In this document: in pieces, positions 52,658 through 64,000 of the stretch | Numbering within the stretch: the first letter of the stretch is position 1 | How the letters are laid out: each line of letters starts with the position of its first letter | Source of the DNA: Lobosporangium transversale | Lineage: Eukaryota | Direction: 5' to 3' | Length of the DNA stretch: 64,000 nucleotides | NCBI RefSeq assembly: GCF_002105155.1 | Contig: NW_019028979.1 | Span: forward strand, 930,001-994,000 | The notes under the pieces: generated by a model | The model's input: only the letters and a program-made list of their open reading frames with translations | Databases searched by the model: none | Told to the model about the DNA's origin: nothing | Made by a program: the position numbers and the translations under genes

Positions 52658-54105
52658 GCCTAGACAAGACGTTCATTTGTTAAACAATTCAAATTATTGA
52701 CTTTTTTTTTTTTTTTTTTTTTTTTTTTGCGATGGTTTATATATTATAGATGCTTGTAACGCCAAATCTAACCAGCAGAATCTGGGAACTATCATGTGCT
52801 CAAACTTGTGCACGGAAATTATTGAGTATACTGCACCTGATGAAGTTGCTGTCTGTAACTTGGCATCGATCGCCTTGCCAAAGTTTGTAGATGTCAAGAA
52901 CAAGTGCTTTGACTTTGATCAAATGCATATGGTTGTTAAGGTTGCGGCCAAGAACTTGAACAAGGTCATTGACCGCAACTACTATCCCGTCCCCGAGGCC
53001 GAAAAAAGCAACAAGCGTCATCGTCCGTATGTTGAATCATCTATTAGTTGAATGCACAATATGTATTGGATGTACTCGGAAGGCTCGAGCTAATATGTAA
53101 CTATACACTCTCTTGATAAAAAAAAAAAAAAAAAAAAAAAGTATTGGTCTCGGTGTCCAAGGACTTGCTGACGCCTTTGTGATGCTCCGATACGCCTTTG
53201 ATTCACCCGAAGCCCGTCAACTAAACAAGGACATCTTTGAGACTCTCTACCATGCAGCATTGGAAGCTTCTTGTGAGATGGCTAAGGAACAAGGACCGTA
53301 TGAGACTTATGCTGGATCGCCTATTAGTAAGGGTATTCTTCAGTACGACATGTGGAATGTCAAGCCTAGTGATCGCTGGAACTGGGATCGTCTTAAAGAG
53401 AATATCCAAAAGTATGGAGTACGCAACTCACTACTGGTGGCGCCTATGCCTACAGCCTCAACCAGTCAGATCCTAGGCAACAACGAGTGCTTTGAACCTT
53501 ATACATCCAACATTTACCAACGTCGAGTTATGAGCGGCGAGTTCCAGGTGGTGAACCATCATCTTTTGAACGATCTGACTCAGATGGGCTTATGGAACGA
53601 GGCGATGAAGAATCAAATCATTGCAGCTAACGGGTCGATCCAGGGTCTGTCAGAGCTAGATGATGATTTTAAGAAGTTGTATAGGACCATTTGGGAGATT
53701 CCACAGAAGGCATTGTTGGAGATGGCAGCGGATCGTGCTCCATTTATTGACCAATCACAGTCATTGAACGTCTTTATGTCAGATCCATCATCCAGCAAAA
53801 TTACGTCGATGCACTTTTTCGCATGGAAGAAGGGATTAAAGACAGGCATGTACTATCTCCGCTCGCGTCCTGCTGTGGATGCGATCAAGTTCACAGTAGA
53901 TCAACAAGCTTTGTTGGAGAGTTTGAAGAAACAAGCCCTAGTGGCGAAGGCTGTTAAGCAGCAAACATCAATTAAGACATCGACATCTGTGAATGGATTA
54001 ACGACACCAGAACTGGAGTCTCCCAAGCTGGATGAGGCAGATCAAAAGGCACTCGATGCCATCATGTGTTCACTTGAGAATAAGGAAGCTTGCTTGATGT
54101 GCAGC

Positions 54106-54111
<6 letters not shown>
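50378..54111 (+). CDS. RNR1: Ribonucleoside-diphosphate reductase large subunit, 8 exons: 50378-50396, 50554-50570, 50701-50790, 51227-51581, 51688-52102, 52276-52604, 52750-53026, 53142-54111
   Basis: ATP cone [22 protein letters not shown], then [39 protein letters not shown] and the C-terminal CLMCSG. Confidence 0.97.
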
Positions 54112-54145
<34 letters not shown>

Positions 54146-54869
54146 ACTCCTGTTGTATTTATAGTTTTATTCATATCTACTTTTCACTTTTTCTATGCAC
54201 CCATCGAGCTGCCCATAGCTTTCACGTTTCTTATTTAATAGTATCTTATTGGTTGCAATAGCTTAGTGGTCCTCATTCTACCATAATACGAATAAAAAAT
54301 TTGCAAATTCTGAGAAGAGCGAAAGTTTATCACGCTCCTGCATTCTGCTACATGTGCATTGAGGGATACATTATTAATTGTTGATACCATTGAGATCCAT
54401 TTCATATTGATAATAAAGCTAAAATCACTGCTAGTCATGGGTAATATCGAAAGACAGCTTATTGCGATGAACATGAACAGAAGATGTGCACGCGTTCTGC
54501 GTGTGAGATATGGATGACTCTCTTTTGCTTGCACACAAAACAGCTCTCATTCTTTCTTGATTTCTCTCCCTGTCTCCTCTCTCTTGGCCTTCGTCTCAAC
54601 TTTTTTCCTCTTCCCCCTCTCAATCACTACTTTAGACACTCGGGTACAACCACCTCCTTGACCTCTTCCCAATTCCTAACCCTTTTTTTTCTATTTTCTA
54701 TCTTTTTTTTTTTTTTTTTATCACAAAGACAATAATCATCCCCTGTTGCTTGTACATCCAGAATAAATCATAGAAAAACAGTTTAGAAGAGTTCTTTCTT
54801 GCTTTTGTCCATTGTCCTCTCCATTGCACCTTTTTATTTTGTTTTTTATTTTTTACAACAAAAAGATAA

Positions 54870-55273
54870 ATGGTACCATGGTTCGGCGATATTTACAGCC
54901 TTTGCTTTATGGCCTGCGTCCCTTTACCGACTTGCAATCTATTGAAAAACGCAACTTTACAAGCACGACCACAACCACAATCATACTCGTCTACGATACA
55001 AGTACATGAACAGGAACAGTTTCATCAATGTTTTTTGTATGGTAGTAATAACAATGACTCGTCCATTCAAGATCCAGGCACCATGACTGTAAGCTTGTTG
55101 GGGTTCTTTTTCATCGCATTCCTATTGTCTAATTCACATCGCAAATCCTCTGCTGTTGGTAAGTAACAGAGAAAAAAAGCTAAAAAAAAAAAAAAAAAAA
55201 AAAAAAGGGCGGGAAAACTGTCTCATGAGAGAGAAAGAGAGACCATGACCTTGATCAAATGTTGCTGATCATA

Positions 55274-55308
<35 letters not shown>

Positions 55309-56044
55309 AGGACGGATAGAAATGAGTATATTGTTCATGATATATTCATGTATTCTATTCCTTCAGATCTTCACGATCGGTGGCGTTGGCTCTAGTAGTA
55401 AAAAGTTTATCATATGGGCTACGGCACTCCATCTTGGAGCAACGGTTAGTTTTTTCTGGACGCTCATTGTGAATGCATTTATCCGTAAGTTCTTCACTAG
55501 TGCTGATTTTTATTTTTATATTCTTGCCATGATTGTCCCATGATATAAACAACGATCTTCCTTTTCTCCAACACTTTTAATATCATATCTTAGTTTATCA
55601 GTTTGTCGACGATGGAACGAAGCTTACCACTCGTGTAGGTGTTTTTAAAAGAAAAAAGAAAAAAGAGTAAAAAGCTAAGTCAATGTGAATTACACTTTCT
55701 TTGAGCTAAGGTTTTTTTTTTTTTTTTTTTTTTTTTTCCCCTTCTTACTTGAGCATAGTTCATTACAGGAACTAATCTTGTATGGATAGCAGGGACGACA
55801 TTCATGTCGTTGGATTTGACTATGGATATCACTGGGAAGCATTATGGACAAAGCCCAGGACTCTTTTTCCTGACATTGATATTCCCAGCGATCGCAGTGT
55901 TGCTGTACATGATACTTGTCACTATTCTAGTGTTTCGGGTTTTAGAGGTGTACAAGTCACTCTGTAAGTGGATCGAATTTTTACTTATCACACTGTTGCA
56001 GATCAAGACAGGAAATTATTGACTATTAACACCAACATTTAATC

Positions 56045-56080
<36 letters not shown>

Positions 56081-56378
56081 ACATAGCCATAGCGTCAATA
56101 ATGTTTGCAGCTGGCCAGGTGGTTCGATTTGGAGTAAGCCGTTCTCTTGTGGCCTCAACTTACGGTCGAGTCAACGGCTCCATGTTCGGCACTCTATTGG
56201 ATCTGATCTCAATTGCATTACTATATCAGTTCTGGAATAGTATTACAGAAGGTAAAAGACATCTATCTCTTTTTAATGTTGTATCATAGTCTTTTTCATT
56301 CATCCAGATACGCCAATTAATCCTTCCACTATCGTATTATCTGTTATCTGACCTCATAGACAGTTGCGGTGATGATAC

Positions 56379-56385
<7 letters not shown>
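54870..56385 (+). CDS. Chs7-like chitin synthase export chaperone, 6 exons: 54870-55158, 55311-55484, 55594-55634, 55759-55963, ~56078-56251, 56360-56385
   Basis: FGDIYSLC..PLPTC N-terminus, AVGRIEM, YQFVDDGT, VNGSMFGTL and YQFWNSITED, with several transmembrane segments, as in Chs7 proteins. Confidence 0.8.
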
Positions 56386-56409
<24 letters not shown>

Positions 56410-56831
56410 CGCTGTTTTTCTATAGAAATCGAATTGATATGATATTGTACAGGTTACTTTTTTATTCAGGAGGAGAATACTTTTCTTTTTTACCATCCAT
56501 TTGGAAATGTTATTTCTAATGCTTGCATCTTGCGATCATGAATCTAAGATATCGAGAGACATCTCTTTTTTTTTTTTTTTTTTTTTTTTCTTTTAAACGA
56601 AGCGGAAACAATCGGACCAGACATAAAAACTTCCGTTGACAGGGTCAGGACTGAGAACAAAAGATTGTGAGAAGAGTCGTTTTTGTTTTTCATTGCTGTA
56701 TTGGACTGTTCCTGAGACATTCACGATGACACTGCATGGCGTATTAGGATCCTGAGATCGCGCTAGTTTATATATTCATATAATAATTGTAAAAATAAAA
56801 ATGGTCAGAGAAATGATAAGAATCCTCCAAG

Positions 56832-56862
<31 letters not shown>

Positions 56863-57873
56863 GAATGTATATCATGTCATCTCCACATTTGGTTACATAC
56901 ATGGCAGTGGGTGACAGTCATATGATTCTACAGTGTGTTCGCTTGCTGGTAATTTGTTATAAAACTCTTGGAATGGTGAAATCCCCGAGTGAGCATTGCC
57001 TAATGAGAGAAACGAAAAAGAAAGAGTAAAAAATCAATACGAAAATCAAGAACTTCCAGCTGATTATCTACACACCAAGTATTTACCATTCCAGAGAATA
57101 GCCGAGCTATCGCGATAAAGATGGTTCAAGATCTTTGTTGGTTTTTAAAAAGGAAGCATTAATCCGTATGGCTTAATCAGTATTGCACACAGTTGATCAT
57201 CCTGAAAGTTAAGACAGCATCAACAATATCGAAAAAAAAAAAAAAAAGTCTGGTTCTGACATACATGTCGCTTATTGTCAAACACATCATAATACAGTGT
57301 AACAAACTGGTCTGCTCCACTAGAAGAAACTTCAACATGGGCTCTAATGGGGTCCTATATGTTGACAGGGTGCAGCAAAGGGTATCATGGGTATAAAAAA
57401 AAGAAAGAAAGAAAGAAAATAACGACTGTTGAGACTGAGATTCTTTTTTTTTTTTCTGTTTATGAATGGTCCCTTCCATGACACCATGTCCATGTCCTTG
57501 TTCCTTCTTTTTGACATTCCATCAGTCCATCATCAATTCGTTTCTGGTGCTAAACTGAATGCTTATCCTGTTTTTGCAACGTACGGCCATGTCAGTCTTT
57601 TGCCTTGGAGAAATGGAATCAGTTTCTTTTAGTTTAAAGATGTCTTTGTTTAATATTGCCTTTTTTTTTTTTTTTTTTTGTGCCGCGGCAGATCTCAGTG
57701 GCTTTTTTGCCTATGACTGCTTTCTCTGTGACGATGGGTTTTGTGCACGGATCTGATCCAACAATTAAAATGCTCTGGTCGTCCTTTTTTTTTTTAATTC
57801 TTTTTTTTCTTCTTCGCCTCCAATCTTCTCCTTATTCTGCTTCATCAACACCGCAACCTTTCTTTATAATAAT

Positions 57874-58776
57874 ATGGCTACCAAGTAAATACGATATCCC
57901 TCCTCACTTTTTTTTTTTTTTTTTTTTTTTTTTCTATTCAATGTTCAAATAAACGAAACGTTTTTTTTGTCATAGATACAGTTGAAAAAAAAAAAAAAGT
58001 TAGTTTTTTAACACATCTTGCACATTCTAATTAATAAATGAACTGTTGTAGGAAGATTTTGCTCCTCGGATCTGGCTTCGTCGCTGAGCCTTGCGTCGAA
58101 TACCTGTGCCGTCGCCCTGAGAACAAGTTGACTATTGGTAATACATCTAAGAAGACACTCCTCTCCCATACACACGCGCTCTTTTTTTTTTCTATTTATT
58201 GGTGGCGCGTAAAAAGAGATGTCTTTTGTTGATTATCAAAGATAACAAAAAAAAAAAAAAAAAAAAGACTTATGGGCGATTGGTAATTCGTTGTGTAGAA
58301 TTGGCAGGACAGACAAGTTCAATCCAGTCTTGTTTCTTGTATTTTTGATTGTTTGAATTGTTCAAAGTGAGCGTGTGATAGTTGGGGTGGAACTGATGGG
58401 TGATGTTCAGTGAATCAACCTCTTGATTATCTTTTTTGACTGTTGGATCAAAAAAAAAAAAAAAATCTTTTTTACCAATATACTGGTGAAAGCTCTCTCC
58501 TGTCACAGACAACCCGTCACAATTGCTAAAAAGACGGGGGAGAAGAACAAGATAGGGCCCGTCGCGGGTTTCTTTTAGTGCTTAAGAGAGTGAACTTCTT
58601 TTTGCACTAATCTGTTAATTACAGATAACGGTCAGAAAGTGACCGGGCCCCGTATCTGATCGGTCTTCCCCACGATTATTAATACATTCATACAATGAGG
58701 GTTGTGACCCATCCTGATTTTTTGTTTTTTTATCCGATCACTGATCATGTCCATCTAACTATATTCATCTCTCTCT

Positions 58777-58820
<44 letters not shown>

Positions 58821-59833
58821 TCAGCCGCTAGACGCATTGCTATTGTTCAGGACCTCGCTTCCGCTTACAAGAACACCACTGCCATCTCTTTGGATGTCGA
58901 TGATGAGGTTGCCTTGGATGCTGCTGTTGCAGAGCACGACATTGTCATCTCCTTGATTCCCTACATTCACCACGCCAAGGTCATCAAGTCCGCCATTAAA
59001 GCTAAGGTCAACGTCGTGACCACCTCCTATGTCTCTCCTGCGATGATGGAATATGACGAGGCGTAAGTAAAGTCTCAAGATGGATATTCGAAACATGTAT
59101 CGCCACTCTCAACAGCATCCATTGTGTCATTGTATCTAAAAAAAAAAAAAAAAAAAAAAAAAACTCTATTGTCCAATTTATATCATAGTGCCAAAGCTGC
59201 TGGTGTTGTTGTCATGAACGAGATTGGTGTTGATCCCGGTGTTGATCACTTGTATGCCGTCAAGACTATTAACGAGGTTCATGCTGAAGGTGGCAAGGTA
59301 AATAACAAATGTTTACAATCAATTAGCTTGTGGCTGACTTGTTCATGAACAAAAAAAAATTGGATTGCCAACTATCAATTGCCTTGAATTTGTCAAACAC
59401 CAGATCATCTCTTTCCTTTCTTACTGCGGTGGTCTTCCTGCCCCCGAGGCCTCTAATAATCCTCTTGGATACAAGTTCTCTTGGTCCTCGCGTGGAGTGT
59501 TGCTTGCACTCAAGAACAATGCCAAGTTTTATGAGAATGGCGAGATTGTTGAGTATTCAGGCAATGATTTGATGAACTCTGCCAAACCTATCTCCATTTA
59601 TCCTGCTTTTGCCTTTGTCGGATACCCCAACCGTGACTCAACTCCATACAAGCAGCGTTACAACATCCCAGAGGCTCAGACTATCCTCCGTGGTACCCTC
59701 CGCTATGCTGGATTTCCAGAGTTCGTCAAAGTCTTGGTTGATATCGGATTCTTGGATGATGCCCCCAAGGACTTTTTGACTCCTGAAGCACCCGAGATTG
59801 CTTGGGTACGTATCACATGACAGTATTCGTGGG

Positions 59834-59864
<31 letters not shown>

Positions 59865-60788
59865 TTGACCTGATGAAAACTTTACTGTCATGCCAATTTG
59901 AAATCCAATTAACCATCGAATCAATAACTTTAATTATCACTGTTAATAGAACGATGTCACTGCCAAACGCCTTGGAGCCTCTAGCAATACCGAGACGTAA
60001 GTTGCATTAACATTGTATCGATCTAATGGGTATCTGAAAGATAGAATAGGCACATGGTCACTGACACTAGCTTATTATTGGGAATACGGTTCATATTTAT
60101 AGTGATCTTGTCGAGTTGATCAAGGAGAAGGCTTCAATCAAGGGAGCCGAGCTTGATCGTATTATCAAGGGCATGAAGTGGTATGTCTCTTTGTTTATTA
60201 TTATTTTATTTTTATTTTTTTATAATATGGTGGTTTACTTTAGTATGCCCGGCTGTTGATTAAAGCTTAATTTTTTTTAAAAAAAAATAATAAATTGACA
60301 GGCTTGGTATGTTCTCAACCACCCCTGCTCAGCGTCGTGGCAACTTCCTCGACACTTTGTGCGCTACTTTGGAGGATAAGATGATGTACGCCAAGGGAGA
60401 GCGTGATATGGTCATGCTTCAGCACAAATTCGAGGTTGAGCTCAAGGATGGAACTAAGGTATGAGACTTTGCGACTGGGAATATATTTCAGAACTATATC
60501 GTTTTCTAGAAGAGTTTCATTAACTGACAATGTGCCATTGATCCTTAACATATTTCCGATCTGCTATAGCAAACCCGCACTTCCACGATTTTGGAATACG
60601 GAAACCCCGAGGGCGCATCCGCCATGGCTCGCTTGGTTGGTATGCCTTGTGGTGTTGCCACTCAGTTGGTTCTTGATGGTGTGATCAACAAGCCCGGTAT
60701 CCTTGCACCTATGTCTTCGGACATCAACGATCCTTTGATTAAGGCCATTGAGGCAGAAGGTGTTGTTTGCCACGAGGAGATTCTGTAA
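57874..60788 (+). CDS. LYS9: Saccharopine dehydrogenase (L-glutamate forming), 9 exons: 57874-57884, 58052-58137, 58825-59062, 59189-59297, 59404-59805, 59950-59996, 60103-60180, 60302-60458, 60570-60788
   Basis: KKILLLGSGFVA, VVTTSYVSPAM, NEIGVDPGVDHLYA, SYCGGLPAPE..NPLGYKFSWS, YPNRDS, RGTLRY and AMARLVG. Confidence 0.95.
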
Positions 60789-62195
60789 AAAAAAAAAAAA
60801 AAAAAAAAAAAAAGGTTATCAACAGTAAAAGTAGTAATACAATAAAATATATAAAATAGTTTTTAGACCTGATCTTTAGGCGCACATCAAGGATTTAACC
60901 TTTTTTTTCCTATCTGGATTAGGAGTGGAAGTTCGAACCGCGTGAACTGATGAGGTCTATGATGAAATGTGCATTGTTTGATTCACTTCTCGGCTCTTTG
61001 AATTTGAAAGTGAAGCCTATAATAAAAAATAAAAAAAATAAAAAAAACTTGCTGATCATTGATGTACCCGTGGTGACTCTCCCCTTTTCATGATCTGCTC
61101 TCCTTGACAGGTGTAAGAACACGCGGTAAAGGACAATAGTCGTAATGATCATACACTACTTCTCTTCCTCAACTCTAGTTGTTCTTTTAATTATTATCCT
61201 TCTGATGGATGAAAGCTTTGCAATCAAGCATCTCTTTTGTATACATAGGTAGGGAGAAAGAAAGATTAGATGTAGAGTTCATTGAGGGAGCGAGTGTCTA
61301 GAAACGAGATGATTGAAAGGATCACCAATTCGCTGGATAGGAAAAGCCATGTGCTGCAGCTGTGATGATTTTGGATGACAAGATCAATAAAAAAGATATT
61401 GCCCCTTTTACTTTTTCATTGACAGATCTTACAGCCATCATGACATTTATACATAAATGTGTACATGAGTATGTTATTATATTTGTATTATACATCGACA
61501 TGTACTGTGTATGTATAGATATATTTTTGCAAGAGTTGGAAGCATATTGCATGCATGTTACGACAGATCACTGCTTCTACGCATGTGAATCAGCTATGTA
61601 CATGTAGTGATTGAGAAAGTGAATTTTAATTCCTTTATTCTTTTCTATTTTAATTTCGATTAACAAAGAAAGCAATTACTTACTGCACATGAATTAAATG
61701 AATATTATAAAGCAAAAAAAGATAATCAAGACAAGGATAAATTACGCCTGTCAATGTTTCGGCTTTAAATGAACCTGTGGGGTCTTTTTTTTTTTTTTTT
61801 TTTTCTGTTTCTCTTTCCACTCTCCCCATTCTTTTTTTCGTTTTTACTTTTCTCCTCTTCTCCTCCTTCTCCTCCTTCTCTTCTCTCTTCTCCTTTTTTT
61901 TTTTCCTTTACACTTATTCTTCCCCTTTACTCATTATCTAACTTCTTCCCTTTTGTTTCTTTTTCTTTTCTTTCTTCGACCCATTCTTCATTCCATTTGC
62001 TTTTTTCTTCTTTTGAATTGCTCATTCTTCGCTTTGATCTGTATTTTAAAGCAGGTTGTACAAATCAGGCTAGCTTTCTGATTTTCATTTCTCACACTCA
62101 CACACGACCAACGAAAATATCTTGCAATTATTGCAACACAACATTGTCCCTTTTTTCCCTCTTGTCTTCCCAACAACAGTTACTGTAGTAAACTA

Positions 62196-62199
62196 GCAA

Positions 62200-62255
<56 letters not shown>
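62196..62255. repeat. (CAACAG)n hexanucleotide microsatellite upstream of the START gene
   Basis: Direct reading, ~9 units. Confidence 0.9.
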
Positions 62256-62256
<1 letters not shown>

Positions 62257-62307
62257 TAACAAAAATAAACCCCTCCTTCTGTCCTTGTTAAATCCTTTTA
62301 TAAAACA

Positions 62308-64000
62308 ATGTTGACCGATCAACGATTTCAGGAATGCCTTGCAGAGTTGCAGGTTCCCAAGGTGGCAGACTGGGAGCTGTTTTTGGAGTCTCATGGGTTC
62401 AAGATCTATCGCAAAACACTTCCCAACACTGCTTTGTACGAATACAAGGCCCTGGGTTACTATCCTGATGTGCCTTCTCATCTTTTGGCAGATGTCTTCA
62501 CGGATCTAGAGTACCGTAAGACCTGGGACAAGAACATGGTTGGATACAACGTTCTTGAAAACGATGTGACCCATTATACCACAAAGTTTCCATGGCCGTT
62601 GTCACCACGCGAGTACTTTTATCAGTTGACGGTGCATGAGCCCAAGAAGGGCCATTTCTGTGTCAGTTCTCAAACTGTGGGCAAGATTAGAGCTGCCGAT
62701 GGCACTCTTCAGAACTTTTATAACACCAACAACTACAAGTCCATGGTGACCCTTGCTCCATCTTCCATGACTTCATCTTTCTCTTCGTCATCACCACATC
62801 TCAGTATACCTGGAGCAGCATCAGCATCAGCCATATCTTTGCCTACATCATCAGATCAGCAGCACAGAGTATTCCAGTTGCCGCCTGGGAATAAATCTGT
62901 ACGTGTTGAGGAGTATCGTCAGGATGTGGTTATGGTCCCATCAGAGGATCAAAAAGGCTGCCATGTATGGTTCGGCTATTTTGATGATCCCAAGGTAACG
63001 AATTAAACAAATCATACAGGACCCCTTTGTTTGCTTTATTTGATTACTTGTTTGTTTTGTTTTGTTTCCTTCCTCCTTTTCTCGTCATCCTTTCTCCTTG
63101 CCCTTTTTTATTTATTTATTTATTTTTATTTATTTTTTGCAAGAAGGATGTCAGGGTGTCAGGGTGTCAGGGTGTCAGGATGAAAATAGACTTGCGATTT
63201 ATCGGACTCATATCAATTACAACATCGTATTAGCTCGTATTAGCTCTTGTATCACAACATTTGCTGATGCTATCATCGTCATCATCATTATTATTATCGA
63301 TTTTTATTGTTATTTATTATTACTATTATTTTTTGTAATCTGCTCTGTTGGGTATCCACTTTTTGTTGATTTTAAATCTTTGAGGCGGCATGGGAAGATG
63401 GAGAATAGGAAGTGAAGAGTAGCCAAGTATCTTCTTGTTCAGGCAGGCTCGTATAGGTTGTAATGGCGCCTTCATTAAGGATTTTTAAGGAAATTAATGA
63501 GCTAATAAGACAAAGACTTGAGTTAGGAAGTGCAAAACAAATTTTGTTCAGTGATGCTGTTTGGTGTTGCTGGGATTATCTATGCTATTCTGATCCAAGA
63601 CCCATTGGTTCACAAAGAATGATGCACAGCTTTTTTAATAGATGCACTTTTTTTTGGGCTGAATCTCGCTTGGGCCATGGCCCATGACGAATCTCCCATC
63701 CTATCCAATTGCGAGATGAACTTACCTTTTTTTTTTTATTTTTTTATTTTTTTATTTTTTTTTAGGGCCATATCCCCTCATCCATTGTGAATTGGGCTAC
63801 GAAACATGGGATCCCTGGTAAGAAAAGAATGATAACAAAATTTTTTGTGTGTAATATACTTGTATTGTAAAGTGCCAATCGATGCATTCCAAGCTGACTT
63901 GCATATCAAACCATAGGTTTCCTCAAAGCGATTCAGGATGCTTGTCTCAGGAGAGCAGCAGCTCAGAACGGATCGTTTGTGCCATCATCATCTTTTACGG
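62308..64000 (+). CDS. START-domain lipid transfer protein (PCTP/STARD7/10-like), partial; exons 62308-62994, 63766-63817, 63917->64000
   Basis: LYEYK, DLEYRKTWD, KFPWPLSPREY, VRVEEY and YFDDPKGHIPSSIVNWATKHGIPGFLKAIQDAC match PCTP-type START domains. Confidence 0.85.

Noticed and set aside
57874..58137. Spermidine synthase-LYS9 fusion as in Basidiomycota
   Set aside because: No spermidine synthase sequence lies upstream, and the gene has its own ATG exon.

Overview
Eukaryotic, intron-rich fungal DNA. Gene content, intron style and long poly(A)/poly(T) tracts point to an early-diverging Mucoromycota fungus, probably Mortierellaceae (inference). Most short ORFs in the supplied track are homopolymer or antisense artefacts, so I rebuilt genes by eye from splice sites. 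The housekeeping and ordinary genes are a Pho85-type (PCL) cyclin, a LAT/Mup-type amino-acid permease, a small secreted Ser/Thr-rich protein, fumarase, a SIT4/PP6-associated SAPS protein, an Ecl1-like protein, a CE4 chitin deacetylase, ribonucleotide reductase large subunit, a Chs7-like protein, saccharopine dehydrogenase (LYS9) and a START-domain protein running off the right edge. From ~9.1 to 24.4 kb lies a head-to-tail array of about ten intronless F-box/LRR loci, all on the minus strand: 3 intact genes, 3 long pseudogenes and 4 fragments. Two young copies are nearly identical except for short, sharply bounded hypervariable patches at LRR strand/turn positions, which is the best candidate here for an undescribed diversifying recognition system. 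Other notable signals are a candidate internal promoter and start for a cytosolic fumarase, splice acceptors preceded by poly(A) instead of pyrimidines, stop codons fused to genomic poly(A), a GC-AG intron, and three MCB boxes upstream of RNR1.
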